NCBI GenBank assembly: GCA_963793725.1
Contig: CAWCAY010000005.1
Location: 219,196-283,195, forward strand
Reading direction: 5' to 3'
DNA: 64,000 nucleotides
DNA from: an uncultured bacterium
GTDB lineage: Bacteria > JAUVQV01 > CAWCAY01
How positions within the stretch are numbered: the stretch's first letter is position 1; every line of letters starts with the position of its first letter. The position numbers and the translations under genes were made by a program. Below, piece after piece: positions 19,939 to 33,095 of this stretch. The notes beneath the pieces were generated by a model, which did not search any database, was not told where the DNA came from, and saw nothing but the letters and a program-made list of their open reading frames with translations.

Positions 19939-20725
19939 ATGCTCCCACCATGCTCGGCTTGGTTAGGATGTCGGGACCATTCTCGGTCACCGCGACCACG
20001 TGCTCGAAGTGCGCTGACAGACGCCCGTCCTTGGTCACCACCGTCCAGTGGTTGGGCAGCACCCTGACCTCCCAGGTGCCCTCGTTGACCATCGGCTCGA
20101 TGGCTAAGACCATGCCGGGGAGGAGCCGCACGTTTCCCGCCCCCCCCTGCTGCCGGAAGTTGGGGACTTGCGGTTCCTCGTGCAGGCTGGCGCCGATGCC
20201 GTGGCCGACGAAGTCCCTGACCACCGAGAAACCCTCCGCCTCGACGCACGTCTGGACGGCGTCGGCAATGTCCAGGAGGCGGTTTCCCGGCCGGGCGACC
20301 TCGGCGCCGCGTGCCAGGGCCTTGCGGGTGACCGCGATCAGCCGCTTCGCCTTGGCCGACACCTCGCCCACCGGCAGGGTCACGGCGGAGTCGCCGTAGT
20401 AGCCCTCGTAGCATGTGCCGATGTCGATGCTCACCAGGTCTCCCTCGTTGATCGTCCGGTCGTCCGGTATGCCGTGCACAACTTCATCGTTGACCGACAC
20501 GCACAGGGCCGCGGGAAAGCCACGGTAGCCCTTGAAGGCCGGTGTAGCGCCGTGCGAGCGAATCATCTCCTCGGCTAGGAGGTCCAGGCCCCGGGTGGTC
20601 GCCCCCGGCACTGCCGCGGCTCGGAGAGCCACCAGCACGTCGGCGGCGATCTGGCCGGCGTGGCGCATGGACTCGATCTCCCGCGGAGTCTTCAGGTGTA
20701 TCCGCTCGCCCTGACGAAGGCTCAT
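19931..20725 (-). CDS. map: Type I methionine aminopeptidase
   Basis: ATG 20725 overlaps the adk stop (ATGA), inside track ORF 19931..20923. [39 protein letters not shown]. Confidence 0.93.
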   Translation of the reverse strand: MSLRQGERIHLKTPREIESMRHAGQIAADVLVALRAAAVPGATTRGLDLLAEEMIRSHGATPAFKGYRGFPAALCVSVNDEVVHGIPDDRTINEGDLVSIDIGTCYEGYYGDSAVTLPVGEVSAKAKRLIAVTRKALARGAEVARPGNRLLDIADAVQTCVEAEGFSVVRDFVGHGIGASLHEEPQVPNFRQQGGAGNVRLLPGMVLAIEPMVNEGTWEVRVLPNHWTVVTKDGRLSAHFEHVVAVTENGPDILTKPSMVGAYA

Positions 20726-21369
20726 TTCCTCTCCAGTCCGGCGATGATCCTGCCCAGGATTTCCTCGACCGAACCCAGGCCTTCGACCTCGAGCAGGGCA
20801 CCCTTCTTCCGATAGTAACCGATCAGCGGGGCGGTCTTCTCGCCGTACACCCGCTGACGCTCCCGGACCGTGTCCGGCTGGTCGTCCACCCTGATGACCA
20901 GCGCGCCGCCGCAGGCGTCGCACACCCCGTCAACCTTCGGGGGGCGGGCCGTGACGTGGAACATGGCGCCGCACGCCGGGCAACTGCGCCTGCCGGCGCT
21001 CCGCTGTACCAGTTCCTCGGTCGGAACGGTCAGCGAGACAACCCGGTCGATGGCCGTGCCCTGGGCGGTCAGCATTTCGTCGAGCGCTTCGGCCTGGGGG
21101 ATCGTCCTGGGGAACCCGTCCAGGATGTAGCCATTCCGGCAGTCGTCCCGGGCGGTGCGCTCCCTGATGATACCGATCACCAGGTCGTCGGTCACCAATC
21201 CCCCGGTGTCCATGAAGGCCTTGGCCTTCTTGCCCAGCTCGGTTCCCTCGCGGACGGCTTCCCGAAGCATGTCGCCGGTGGATATCTGCGGCAGGCCGAG
21301 ACGCTCCGTCAGGAGCTTGGCCTGCGTTCCCTTGCCGGCGCCCGGAGGTCCGAGGAGTATCAGTTTCAT
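20722..21369 (-). CDS. adk: Adenylate kinase (zinc-finger lid type)
   Basis: Track ORF, 215 aa. GPPGAGKGTQA. The lid has CPACG..CDACGG. Confidence 0.96.
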   Translation of the reverse strand: MKLILLGPPGAGKGTQAKLLTERLGLPQISTGDMLREAVREGTELGKKAKAFMDTGGLVTDDLVIGIIRERTARDDCRNGYILDGFPRTIPQAEALDEMLTAQGTAIDRVVSLTVPTEELVQRSAGRRSCPACGAMFHVTARPPKVDGVCDACGGALVIRVDDQPDTVRERQRVYGEKTAPLIGYYRKKGALLEVEGLGSVEEILGRIIAGLERK

Positions 21370-21382
21370 GACCGCTTCCCCG

Positions 21383-22665
<1,283 letters not shown>

Positions 22666-22669
<4 letters not shown>

Positions 22670-23106
22670 GCGAGCACCTCCACCGTTCCGCCGGCTTCCT
22701 CTACCTGGCGGCGCGCGGCCTGGCTGATCTTCTGGACGTTGACCTTCAGCGACACGGCGATGCTGCCGCCCGCGAGAATCTTCACCGGCTGGCGCTCGTT
22801 GCGGATGAGCCCCTTGGCCGCGAGGGTCTCGGGACTGACCTGGCTGCCGGCATCAAAGGAGGCCAACTGCCCCAGCCTGACCAGGGCGTAGCGAACCTTG
22901 TCCGGATTGCGGAAGCCCTTCTTGGGCAGGCGCCGCTGGAGGGGCATCTGGCCGCCCTCGAACCCCGGGCCCTTCACTCCGCCCGCACGGGCCTTCTGGC
23001 CGTTCTGCCCCTTGCAGGAGGTCTTGCCGTGCCCGCTTCCCGGCCCGCGTCCCACCCTCTTGCGGGTCTTCTTCGACCCGGGTGCCGGCTTAAGTGTGTG
23101 CAGCAT
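22666..23106 (-). CDS. rplO: 50S ribosomal protein L15
   Basis: Track ORF, 146 aa. KRVGRGPGSGHGKTSCKGQNGQKAR. Confidence 0.95.
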
Positions 23107-23150
23107 CTTCTATCTCCTTCTCACGTCGCTGGACGTTACGCTGACGATGT

Positions 23151-23381
23151 TCAGCCTTCGGCGGCGGTCTTCTTCCGCGTCTTCTTGGCGGCCTCTTCGA
23201 TGACCGACCAGACCACCATGTGGGACACCTTGGCCAGCATCCCCCGCACCTGCGGCGTGTCCGGGAGCGTGACGCTCCGATTGGGCCGCTTCAGGCCCAG
23301 ACCGGCAACGTTGGCCTTGATCTTTGCCGGCTCGCCGATGGGACTGCGAAACAGGGTCACCTTGAGCTTCGATTTTTTCAC
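23151..23381 (-). CDS. rpmD: 50S ribosomal protein L30 (short basic C-terminal extension)
   Basis: Track ORF, 76 aa. [27 protein letters not shown]. Confidence 0.92.
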   Translation of the reverse strand: MKKSKLKVTLFRSPIGEPAKIKANVAGLGLKRPNRSVTLPDTPQVRGMLAKVSHMVVWSVIEEAAKKTRKKTAAEG

Positions 23382-23893
23382 GACTCCACCTTCCCGGCCT
23401 GGGGCCGGATGCCGTCCAGCCCCCTGATCCGGGCGACCTCGCCGGCGCTCCGCAACTGCGAGAGGCCCTCGAAAGTCGCCTTGATGACGTTGTGGGGGTT
23501 GCTGGTGCCGAGCGACTTGGTCAGTATGTTCTTCACCCCGGCCACCTCCATCACCGCGCGCACCGGCCCGCCGGCGATGATGCCGGTCCCTTCGGAGGCC
23601 GGCTTCAGCATGACCCTGCCCGCTCCGAAGTGCCCCAGGACCTGGTGCGGCACCGTGCGATTCACCAGGGGCACCGACAGCATCCCCTTCTTGGCCTGCT
23701 CGATGGCCTTCTTGATGGCGCTGGGCACCTCGTTCGCCTTGCCCAGGCCCCAGCCGACGCTGCCCGCCTCGTCGCCCACGACCACCAGGGCGCTGAAGCT
23801 GAACCTCCGGCCGCCCTTGACCACCTTGGCCACGCGGTTGATGAAAACGATCTTTTCCTTCAACTCATTCTGTTGCCCGTCATTCCGCTCCAA
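23378..23893 (-). CDS. rpsE: 30S ribosomal protein S5
   Basis: Track ORF, 171 aa. [24 protein letters not shown]. Confidence 0.96.
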   Translation of the reverse strand: MERNDGQQNELKEKIVFINRVAKVVKGGRRFSFSALVVVGDEAGSVGWGLGKANEVPSAIKKAIEQAKKGMLSVPLVNRTVPHQVLGHFGAGRVMLKPASEGTGIIAGGPVRAVMEVAGVKNILTKSLGTSNPHNVIKATFEGLSQLRSAGEVARIRGLDGIRPQAGKVES

Positions 23894-23905
23894 GAATCCA
23901 CCCCC

Positions 23906-24274
23906 TTAAAACGACAGTCCCTTTTCTCTGGCTGCGTCGGCCAGCGCCTTGACCCGGCCGTGGTAGATGTACCCGCCCCGGTCGAACACGACCCGGGTGA
24001 TGCCCTTCTCGATGGCCTTGACGGCCAGGGCCGCGCCGACCGCCTTGGCGGCGGAGATATTCCCGGTGCCCTTCAGGTCGCCCTTGACCTCGGCGGACAG
24101 TGAGGAAACCATCAGCAGGGACTGCCCGGTGCGGTCGTTGATCAGCTGGGCATAGATGTGCTTGTTGCTCCTGAACACCGCCAGCCGCAACCGTTGCTCG
24201 TTCCCGGAGACCGTCTTGCGCACCCTGCGGTGCCGCTTTCCCCTGGCGACCTTCTTGTCAATCTTCTGTTTCAC
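23906..24274 (-). CDS. rplR: 50S ribosomal protein L18
   Basis: Track ORF, 122 aa. [39 protein letters not shown]. Confidence 0.96.
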   Translation of the reverse strand: MKQKIDKKVARGKRHRRVRKTVSGNEQRLRLAVFRSNKHIYAQLINDRTGQSLLMVSSLSAEVKGDLKGTGNISAAKAVGAALAVKAIEKGITRVVFDRGGYIYHGRVKALADAAREKGLSF

Positions 24275-24289
24275 CGTTCGGCTCCTCCT

Positions 24290-24826
24290 CTAGGCGCCCT
24301 TCTTGCCCACCTTGCGGCGGATCTGCTCGCCGACGTACTTGATTCCCTTCCCCTTGTACGGCTCGGGCGGCCGAACCTTCCGGATGAGGGCGGCCACGTG
24401 GCCGACCAGTTGCTTGTCGATGCCCTTGATGACAATCTGGTTCTTCCCGGCCAGCTCAATGCTGATCCCCTTGGGGATCGGGAAGGCGACCGCGTGCGAC
24501 AGCCCCACGGTCAGGTTGAGCCTGCTCCCCTCCAGCTGGGCCTTGTAGCCGATGCCGTTGATCTCCATAACCTTCTCGAATCCCTTGGTGACTCCCAAGA
24601 CGGCGCCGGCCACCAGGCTCCGCATGAGGCCGTGCGCGGCCCGGTCGACGTCGCGGTCGGTGGGGCGCTGGAAGGTCACCTTGTCCCCGGCGATCTCGAC
24701 GCTGATCCGCGGGTGCATGCGGTGCCGGAGTTCGCCCTTCGGCCCCTTGACAACGATGTCACCCTCGCTGGCGGCCACCTTGACCCCGGCGGGAATGGTT
24801 ACGGGCTTTCTTCCTATCCTTGACAT
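24290..24826 (-). CDS. rplF: 50S ribosomal protein L6
   Basis: Track ORF, 178 aa. MSRIGRKPVTIPAGVKV, EPYKGKGIKY. Confidence 0.96.
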   Translation of the reverse strand: MSRIGRKPVTIPAGVKVAASEGDIVVKGPKGELRHRMHPRISVEIAGDKVTFQRPTDRDVDRAAHGLMRSLVAGAVLGVTKGFEKVMEINGIGYKAQLEGSRLNLTVGLSHAVAFPIPKGISIELAGKNQIVIKGIDKQLVGHVAALIRKVRPPEPYKGKGIKYVGEQIRRKVGKKGA

Positions 24827-24852
24827 GTGCGTATCCCCTGGATTTCGTTGGC

Positions 24853-25251
24853 TTACCAGACTTCGCAGAGGATCTCGCCGCCCACCTTCTCGCGCCGGGC
24901 ATCGGTGTCCGTCAGGATGCCCCTGGGAGTTGATAGGATGGCGATGCCAAGCCCGTTGAGCACCTTCGGGATGTCGTCCTTGCCGACGTAGATCCGGCGG
25001 CCGGGGCGGCTGACCCTCTTGAGCTTGGAGATGACCCCCTTGTTGGCGGTATCGTACTTCAGGATGATCTTCAGGATGGAGAAGGCATCCTCCTGGATGA
25101 TCCGGTAGTCCTTGATGTAGCCCTCCTGCTTGAGGACCCTGGCAATGTCGGTCTTGATCTTCGAGGAGGGCATGTCGACCTTCTCGTGTCCACGGATCAT
25201 GGCATTCCTGATCCGGGTGATCATGTCAGCGATGGGATCGGTCACGGACAT
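24853..25251 (-). CDS. rpsH: 30S ribosomal protein S8
   Basis: Track ORF, 132 aa. [22 protein letters not shown]. Confidence 0.96.
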   Translation of the reverse strand: MSVTDPIADMITRIRNAMIRGHEKVDMPSSKIKTDIARVLKQEGYIKDYRIIQEDAFSILKIILKYDTANKGVISKLKRVSRPGRRIYVGKDDIPKVLNGLGIAILSTPRGILTDTDARREKVGGEILCEVW

Positions 25252-25277
25252 CTCGTTCTCCTTTTAGCTCTTTGCCT

Positions 25278-25463
25278 TCACCAGCTGGCCTTGATCACGC
25301 CGGGGATGTCACCCCTCAGGGCGAGGTTCCGGAAACAGATGCGGCACATGGCGAACTTCCGCAGAAACGCCCGCGGACGACCGCACAGCGGGCACCGGGT
25401 GTACTTCCTCACCGCGAATTTCGGCTCCCGCTTGGCCTTCGCGATCAATGATTTCTTCGCCAC
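25278..25463 (-). CDS. rpsN: 30S ribosomal protein S14, zinc-binding type Z (61 aa)
   Basis: Track [25 protein letters not shown] (CxxC..CxxC). Confidence 0.95.
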   Translation of the reverse strand: MAKKSLIAKAKREPKFAVRKYTRCPLCGRPRAFLRKFAMCRICFRNLALRGDIPGVIKASW

Positions 25464-25481
25464 GTCATTCCTCCCTGGACA

Positions 25482-26027
25482 TCAGTCCCGAAACGGCATG
25501 CCAAGCTCGGACAGCAGGCTGCGGCCCTCGTCATTGGTCCGCGCCGAAGTCACGAAGACGATGTTCATGCCCTTGATTGTCTCAACCCGGTCGTAGTCGA
25601 TCTCGGGGAAAATGATCTGCTCGGTCAATCCGAGGTTGAAATTCCCCCGTCCGTCCATGCCGTTGATCGAGACGCCCTTGAAGTCCCGCACGCGGGGGAG
25701 GGCGATGTTGACCAGCCGGTCGAAGAATTCGTACATGCGGTCACCCCGGAGGGTCACCTTGCAGCCGATCTGCATGCCGATCCGCAGCTTGAAAGCGGCG
25801 ATGGCCCGCTTCGACTTGGTGATCACCGCCTTCTGCCCGGTAATGGCCTCCAGTTCGGCCACCATCGAGTCCATCAGCTTGGCGTTCTGGGTGGCCTCGC
25901 CGATGCCCCGATTGATGACGATCTTCTCCAGCTTGGGCACCTGCATGACGTTGCCGTAGCCATGCTTCTTGCGAAGCAGCGGCACGATCTCCTTGTGGTA
26001 TGTTTCCTTTAGTCTGGCCATGTCCAA
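25482..26027 (-). CDS. rplE: 50S ribosomal protein L5
   Basis: Track ORF, 181 aa. [22 protein letters not shown]. The start may be the second ATG at 26021. Confidence 0.95.
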   Translation of the reverse strand: MDMARLKETYHKEIVPLLRKKHGYGNVMQVPKLEKIVINRGIGEATQNAKLMDSMVAELEAITGQKAVITKSKRAIAAFKLRIGMQIGCKVTLRGDRMYEFFDRLVNIALPRVRDFKGVSINGMDGRGNFNLGLTEQIIFPEIDYDRVETIKGMNIVFVTSARTNDEGRSLLSELGMPFRD

Positions 26028-26033
26028 TCCGTC

Positions 26034-26358
26034 CTAGAAGGTTTCCTTGCATCGGCGGCAGAACCGCTGCTTTTTCCCGTCCTCGAGAACCGTCTGCCCG
26101 ACCTTGGTGCCCCGATCGCATTTCTTGCAGTAGACCATCACCTTGGAGACGATTGAGCGGGCCCTCCTTCTCGACGATGCCCCCCTGCCGCTGCTTCTGG
26201 CTCGGTCGACGGTGACGCTTGACGAAGTTGACCTGCTCCACGATGACCCTGTTCTCGGCCGGCTGGACCTTGAGGACCCGGCCCTTCTTCCCCTTCTCCT
26301 TGCCGGCGATGACCACCACCGTGTCGTTCATCCGAATCTTGGTCTTTCCGCTAATCAT
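26034..26358 (-). pseudogene. rplX: 50S ribosomal protein L24; one extra base as assembled
   Basis: [41 protein letters not shown] (head of track ORF 25741..26358). The frame is lost near 26148. The other frame gives KVMVYCKKCDRGTKVGQTVLEDGKKQRFCRRCKETF to the stop at 26034. Length is 3n+1. Confidence 0.9.
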
Positions 26359-26385
26359 GTCTCTTTCCTCTTCCGCCGGCGGCAG

Positions 26386-26754
26386 TCAGATGACCTCGGG
26401 AGCCAGGGAAATGATCTTCATGTATCCCCTGGAGCGCAGTTCCCGGGCCACCGGCCCGAAGATGCGCGTGCCGATCGGTTCGCTCTGGTTGTTGATCAGC
26501 ACGGCGGCATTCTGATCGAACTTGATGTACGACCCGTCGGGCCGCCGCTTCTCCTTGACGCACCGGACGATGACCGCCTTGGCCACGTCCCCCTTCTTGA
26601 CGTTGGCGCCCGGAAGGGCCTCCTTCACCGACACCACGATGACGTCGCCCACGTAAGCGTACCGCCGCCTCGTGCCACCCAGCACCTTGATGCACTGGAT
26701 CTTCTTGGCGCCGGAGTTGTCGGCGACTTCGAGCATGCTCTGCATCTGGATCAT
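26386..26754 (-). CDS. rplN: 50S ribosomal protein L14
   Basis: ATG 26754 inside track ORF 26386..26820. [27 protein letters not shown]. Confidence 0.96.
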   Translation of the reverse strand: MIQMQSMLEVADNSGAKKIQCIKVLGGTRRRYAYVGDVIVVSVKEALPGANVKKGDVAKAVIVRCVKEKRRPDGSYIKFDQNAAVLINNQSEPIGTRIFGPVARELRSRGYMKIISLAPEVI

Positions 26755-26780
26755 GTTGGCCTTCCCCGTCCGTAGTCTGT

Positions 26781-27036
26781 CTACTTGCTCTTCTCGATGA
26801 CTTCCAGGAGCCGCCAGCACTTGTTCTTGGAGATCGGCCTGGTCTCGATGATCCGCACCCGGTCACCGACCTGGAGCTGGTTCTCCTCGTCGTGCACGGC
26901 GAACTTCTTCGTCTTGCGAACGAACTTCTTGAACTTCGGGATGCTGCTGGAGGGTGCTCACCTTCACCACGGCCGTCTTCTCCATGGCGTTGCTCACCAC
27001 CTCCCCAACCTTGGTCCTGCGGTTGCTCGTGGCCAA
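26781..27036 (-). pseudogene. rpsQ: 30S ribosomal protein S17 (TTG start); one extra base as assembled
   Basis: Hand translation: GGAGGG-N7-TTG, then (M)[32 protein letters not shown]. An extra G near 26938. Then [51 protein letters not shown]. Length is 3n+1. Confidence 0.88.
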
Positions 27037-27270
27037 TTACCTGCCCTCCCCGCCCTTGTTGGTCGGCGCGGAGGTGGCGGCCCCGGCCCGCTCCTTGCGG
27101 ATGGTCAGGACCATGGCCAGCTCCCTCCGGGACAACCGCATGCGCATCGGATTCTCCAGTTGCCCGGTGTGGTGCTGGAAGCGCAGGTTGTAGAGCTCCT
27201 GACGGAGATCCTTCTCCCGCTTCTCCAGCTCGACATCGGAGAGTTCCTTGATCTTCTTTCGCGTCTTCAC
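27037..27270 (-). CDS. rpmC: 50S ribosomal protein L29 (short C-terminal extension)
   Basis: Track ORF, 77 aa. LSDVELEKREKDLRQELYNLRFQHHTGQLENP. Confidence 0.93.
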   Translation of the reverse strand: MKTRKKIKELSDVELEKREKDLRQELYNLRFQHHTGQLENPMRMRLSRRELAMVLTIRKERAGAATSAPTNKGGEGR

Positions 27271-27277
27271 TTTGACT

Positions 27278-27685
27278 CTACCTCCGGCTGACGAACTTGG
27301 TGGCGATGCCGAACTTGTGCGAAGCCAGCCGGAACGCCTCGCGGGCGATATCCTCGGACACGCCCTCGATCTCGAACAGGATGCGGCCGGGCTGAATCAC
27401 CGCCACCCATCCGTCGGGCGCGCCCTTGCCCTTCCCCATGCGTGTCTCGGCCGGCTTGTGCGTGACCGGCTTGTCGGGGAAGATGCGGATCCAGACCTTG
27501 CCGCCGCGCTTGACGTGCCGGGTGATGGCGATACGTCCGGCCTCGATCTGCCGGTTGGTGATCCAACCGGGTTCGAGGGCCTTGAGCGCGTAGTCGCCGA
27601 AATTCACCTGGCTGCCGCGGCTGGCGAGGCCCTTGGTCCTCCCCTTCTGCCTCTTCCTGAACTTCACCCTCTTGGGCATCAACAT
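27278..27685 (-). CDS. rplP: 50S ribosomal protein L16
   Basis: Track ORF, 135 aa. [31 protein letters not shown]. Confidence 0.96.
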   Translation of the reverse strand: MLMPKRVKFRKRQKGRTKGLASRGSQVNFGDYALKALEPGWITNRQIEAGRIAITRHVKRGGKVWIRIFPDKPVTHKPAETRMGKGKGAPDGWVAVIQPGRILFEIEGVSEDIAREAFRLASHKFGIATKFVSRR

Positions 27686-27738
27686 GATGACTCTTCTCCC
27701 GCTCTGGTATCCTTACGGAGTTCGCGCGATCCCGCCGT

Positions 27739-28384
27739 TCACCCGACGTTCGATCGCGTGCCGGCCGAACCGCGGTATATCCACACCTTCACCCCGATGA
27801 CCCCGTAGGTCGTCTTGGCGATGGTGGTGCCGTAGTCCACGTCCGCGGAGATGGTGTGCAGCGGGACCCGCCCTTCGCGGTACCACTCCCGCCGGGCGAT
27901 CTCCGCCCCGGCCAGGCGACCGCCGCAGGCCACCTTGATCCCCTCGGCCCCGAACCGCCGGGCCGACACGACGCTCTTCTTCATGGCCCGCCTGAAGGCC
28001 ACCCGGCGCTCGAGCTGCATGGCAATGTTCTCGGCCACGATCTGCGCCTCGGTCTCCGGCTTGACGATCTCCTTGATGTTGATCGACAACTCGCTCTGGG
28101 TCAGCTTCTGGACTTCCTTCATCAACCGCTCGATCTCAGCCCCCTTGCGGCCGATGACGATGCCGGGCCGCGAGGTGAAGATGTTGATCCGGCACTTGGT
28201 GCCGAACCGCTCGATCTGGATCTTCGAAACCCCCGCGTGGTAGAGCCTCTCCTTGATGTACTTCTTGAGCTTCAGGTCCTCGTGGAGAAGCTTGGCGTAG
28301 TTCTTCTTGGTGGCGAACCACACCGACGACCATGTGGTCGTCGTGTCCCAGCCTGAAACCGATTGGATTGACTTTCTGCCCCAA
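27739..28384 (-). pseudogene. rpsC: 30S ribosomal protein S3 (TTG start); one frame break near the 5' end
   Basis: TTG 28384 gives (M)[12 protein letters not shown] in one frame. From about 28348 the track ORF 27739..28389 frame continues [34 protein letters not shown]. Length is 3n+1. Confidence 0.9.
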
Positions 28385-28401
28385 AACAAGCCCCCTTCTT
28401 G

Positions 28402-28741
28402 TTAAGCCTTCTCGTCGAGAACGATGGTGATGTGACTGGTCCGCTTGCGAATCCTGCCCGAACGGCCCATGGACATGGAGCGCATCCTCTTGAGGGTCGG
28501 CCCCTCGTCGACCACGATGACCTTCACGAACAGGCGGTCGATGTCGTCCAGCTTGAAGTTGTTCTCGGCATTGGCCACCGCCGACTTCAGCACCTTCTTG
28601 ATCAGGCCTGCGGCGCGCTTCTCCGAGTAGTCGAGGACGGCCGTGGCCTCGTTGACCTGCTTGCCCCTCACCTTGTCCGCGACGATGCGCGACCTTGCGC
28701 GGGCTGATTCTCAGGAAACGTCCAATCGCTTTGTATTCCAT
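28402..28741 (-). pseudogene. rplV: 50S ribosomal protein L22; one extra base as assembled
   Basis: ATG 28741 gives MEYKAIGRFLRISPRK. An extra T lies in AAGG[T]CGCGC (~28692). The reading then continues ARIVADKVRGKQVNEATAVLDYSEKRAAG.. (track ORF 28402..28671). Length is 3n+1. Confidence 0.9.
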
Positions 28742-28758
28742 CCTTTGGTCCCGTCCTC

Positions 28759-29044
28759 TCACTTGACCGAGGTGGTCTTCTCGGCCTTGGAAGCGTGCCC
28801 CTTGAAGGTCCGCGTGGGGGCGAACTCTCCCAGGTAGTGCCCGACCAGGTTCTCGGTGATGTAAACTGGGATGAACTTCCTCCCGTTGTGGACGGCGATG
28901 GTGTGTCCCAGCATCTCGGGAATGACGGTCGACCGCCGCGACCAGGTCTTGATCACCGCCTTCTCTCCCTTGTCGTTCATCCGGGCGATCTTGCCCATCA
29001 AATGACCGTCGACCCACGCCCCTTTACTCAAGTGACCGCGCCAT
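28759..29044 (-). pseudogene. rpsS: 30S ribosomal protein S19; one extra base as assembled
   Basis: ATG 29044 gives MARSL. An extra G lies near 29029. The reading continues [72 protein letters not shown] (tail of track ORF 28759..29883). Length is 3n+1. Confidence 0.9.
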
Positions 29045-29059
29045 AGGTATCCCCCGCCG

Positions 29060-29883
29060 TTACTTTCTCTTCTTGACGATGTACTGGTCGGACTGCTTCG
29101 TGCCCCCGGGTCTTGTAGCCCCTGGTGGGTATGCCCCAGGGAGTGACCGGATGCCGGCCGCCCGAGGTCTTCCCCTCGCCGCCGCCGTGCGGATGGTCGA
29201 CCGGATTCATGGCCACGCCCCGAACGTGGGGACGGCGCCCCAGCCAGCGCTTCCGGCCGGCCTTGCCGAGCGACACGTTCTCGCGCTCCTTGTTGCTGAC
29301 CTGGCCGATGGTGGCCCGGCACTCCAGCAGGACCATCCGCACCTCGCCCGAGGGGAGGCGGAGCTGGGCGTACTTGCCGGCCTTGGCCACCAGCTGGGCG
29401 AATGATCCCGCCGAGCGGACCATGCGGCCACCCTCGTCGGGCCGCAGCTCGACGTTGTGGATGAGCGATCCCAGGGGAATGTCCTTCAGCTTGAGCGTGT
29501 TCCCCGGCCTGATCTCGGACCCGTCGCCGGACATCAGGAAATCGCCCACCTTGACGTCCTCGGGCGCGAGGATGTAGCGCTTCTCGCCGTCCGCGTAGTG
29601 GAGCAGGGCGATGTAGGACGTGCGGTTCGGGTCGTACTCGATCTGGGCGACCTTGGCCCTGATGCCGTCCTTGTCCCGCTTGAAATCGATCACCCGGTAC
29701 AGCTGCTTGTGTCCCCCGCCGCGGTGCCAGGCGGTCACCCGTCCGGTGTTGTTCCGTCCGCCACTCTTGTGGAGGCGTCTGGGTCAGCGGCCGGCAGGGC
29801 CGGACCGAGTCGACACCCTGGTAATCCAGGGTAGTCTGGAACCTCCTCCCCGGCGATGTCGGCTTGTATGTTTTTATGGCCAT
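29060..29883 (-). pseudogene. rplB: 50S ribosomal protein L2; two extra bases as assembled
   Basis: [17 protein letters not shown].. (head of ORF 28759..29883). An extra C lies near 29785. The reading continues [54 protein letters not shown] (ORF 29028..29738). A second break lies in a C-run near 29105, and the reading then ends [13 protein letters not shown] at stop 29060. Length is 3n+2. Confidence 0.92.
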
Positions 29884-29917
29884 TATTCTCTACCCCTGAT
29901 GTTTCAAGCGCTTTGTT

Positions 29918-30208
29918 CTAAACACCCTCGATGAAATCGACCTTGCTTCCCTCGGCAATCGTCACCACGGCCTTCTTCCAGTCCGGGCGCTTGCCTTTCC
30001 TCAAGCCGATCCTTTTCACCTTGCCCTTGACGTTCATCATGTTCACGTCGACAACCTTGACCTTGAAGACGGCCTCCACGGCCGACTTCACCTGGGTCTT
30101 GTTGGCCCGCGTGTCGACCGAAAGTATGATCTTGTTCTGCTTGCCCTTGAGCCGGTCGCCCTTCTCCGAGAGCAGAGGCATCCGGATGACCGTATGCGGA
30201 TCCATCAT
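29918..30208 (-). CDS. rplW: 50S ribosomal protein L23
   Basis: Tail of track ORF 29918..30718. MMDPHTVIRMPLLSEKGDRL..KAVVTIAEGSKVDF. The ATG overlaps the rplD stop. Confidence 0.94.
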   Translation of the reverse strand: MMDPHTVIRMPLLSEKGDRLKGKQNKIILSVDTRANKTQVKSAVEAVFKVKVVDVNMMNVKGKVKRIGLRKGKRPDWKKAVVTIAEGSKVDFIEGV

Positions 30209-30834
30209 TTGCCGAACACCTCCTCTATCCTGGCCAGGGCGTCCTTGAAGATGACCACCACGTCGTGGTAGGTGACCAGGTACGGGTTGAGGGCCTCGGG
30301 CACCACGACCATCAGATCGGCGTGGTTCCGGGCGGCCCGGGCCATCTTCTCGTCGATCGCCGGGGCGACCATCAGGACCTTCTTCCCCAGCAGGCCGAGC
30401 GCCTTTAGAAGGGCGTGGATCTCCTTCGTCTTGGCCTCGACCGGATCGAAGCCGGCGAGCACTTGGAGGGTCCCCTCGGCCAGGTGCAGCTTGAGCGCCG
30501 ACTGGAGGGCCAAGCGGCTCTTCTGGCGCGGGAACCGGACCGCGTAGTCCCTCGGCTGCGGCCCGTGGATGGTGCCGCCACCGACCCACACCGGTGATCG
30601 CGAACTTCCCGACCGGGCCCGTCCCGTGCCCTTCTGCTTCCAGGGCTTCCGGCCTCCGCCGGAGACTTCGGAGCGCCCCTTGGAGGCGGATGTCCCGGCC
30701 CGCTGTCCCCGAAGCCACAGGGTGACGGCCTCGTGCAGCAAGTGGCGGTTCACCGGACCCGCGAACACGGCTTCCGGCAACTCCACCTGTGCCTTCTTCT
30801 TGTCTTTCAGGTTGACCACATCAATGCTCGGCAT
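30205..30834 (-). CDS. rplD: 50S ribosomal protein L4
   Basis: Track ORF, 209 aa. SGGGRKPWKQKGTGRARSGSSRSPVWVGGG. Confidence 0.96.
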   Translation of the reverse strand: MPSIDVVNLKDKKKAQVELPEAVFAGPVNRHLLHEAVTLWLRGQRAGTSASKGRSEVSGGGRKPWKQKGTGRARSGSSRSPVWVGGGTIHGPQPRDYAVRFPRQKSRLALQSALKLHLAEGTLQVLAGFDPVEAKTKEIHALLKALGLLGKKVLMVAPAIDEKMARAARNHADLMVVVPEALNPYLVTYHDVVVIFKDALARIEEVFGK

Positions 30835-30864
30835 GTCTCTCTCCAGATCTCCCTAGCTTCCCGA

Positions 30865-31497
30865 TCACTCGGCCGACGAGCGCCTGGCCACGACAACCAC
30901 CAGCCCGCCATGCGACCCCGGAACGGCCCCCTTGACCAGGAGCAGGTTGTTGGCGGTGTCGACCCGCAGGACGGTCAGGTTCTTGGCCGTCTTCCGCACG
31001 TTGCCCAGGTGTCCTGCCATCCGCATCCCCTTGAACACCCGCGACGGGTAAGAGGAGGAGCCGATGGAACCGGGAGCGCGGTGGAACATCGAACCATGCG
31101 AGCCCGCTCCGCCGCGGAAGCCGTGGCGCTTGATGACTCCGGCAAAGCCTTTCCCGATGGAGGTGCCGATGACATCGACCAGGTCGCCCGGCTTGAACAT
31201 GTCGACCTTCAACTCCTGCCCCAATTCATAGGCTCCCGACTTCTGCACCCGTATCTCCCGCAGATGGCGGAAGGGGGTGGGGGAGGCCTTCTTGCAGTGA
31301 CCGGCGACGGCCTTGGTCACCTTGCTATCCTTAGCCGGCTGGAAGCCGATCTGGATGCTCTCGTAGCCCTCCTTGCCGGTTTCCTTCTTCTGCACCACCC
31401 GGCAGGGGCCCGCCTGGATGACGGTCACCGGGACGAAGTTGCCCTCGCCGGCGAACAGTTGCGTCATGCCGATCTTCTTTCCGAGTATGCCAATCAC
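30865..31497 (-). CDS. rplC: 50S ribosomal protein L3 (GTG start)
   Basis: Inside track ORF 30865..31557. AAGGAA, then GTG gives (M)IGILGKKIGMTQLF. Also GKGFAGVIKRHGFRGG. Confidence 0.94.
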   Translation of the reverse strand: MIGILGKKIGMTQLFAGEGNFVPVTVIQAGPCRVVQKKETGKEGYESIQIGFQPAKDSKVTKAVAGHCKKASPTPFRHLREIRVQKSGAYELGQELKVDMFKPGDLVDVIGTSIGKGFAGVIKRHGFRGGAGSHGSMFHRAPGSIGSSSYPSRVFKGMRMAGHLGNVRKTAKNLTVLRVDTANNLLLVKGAVPGSHGGLVVVVARRSSAE

Positions 31498-31537
31498 CGC
31501 AGGTTCCTTTTCGTCTGGTAGTGGTTGTTGTCGCCGC

Positions 31538-31846
31538 TCACTGCTTGATCTCGACATCCACGCCCGCGGCCAGGTTGAGGTTCATCAGGGCCTGCAAGGT
31601 TTCCTCCGACGGCTCGATGATGTCGAGCAGCCGCTTGTAGGTCCGGACCTCGAACTGCTCCCGCGACTTCTTGTCGACGTGCGGCGAACGGAGCACCGTG
31701 TACCGACTGATCTGCACCGGCAGGGGGATCGGCCCGATCACCCTGGCGCCCGTTTCGACGGCCTTGTTCAGGATCTCGCGCGTCGACTGATCGAGCATGC
31801 GATGATCGTACGACTTCAGCCTGATTCTAATCTTCGGTGTATCCAT
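31538..31846 (-). CDS. rpsJ: 30S ribosomal protein S10
   Basis: Track ORF, 102 aa. [23 protein letters not shown]. Confidence 0.96.
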   Translation of the reverse strand: MDTPKIRIRLKSYDHRMLDQSTREILNKAVETGARVIGPIPLPVQISRYTVLRSPHVDKKSREQFEVRTYKRLLDIIEPSEETLQALMNLNLAAGVDVEIKQ

Positions 31847-31863
31847 GATTCCGCTTGCCGCCT

Positions 31864-33057
<1,194 letters not shown>

Positions 33058-33095
33058 GGCTCCCTCCTTGCCCTCGTCCCGATTCCGTTGCCCGA

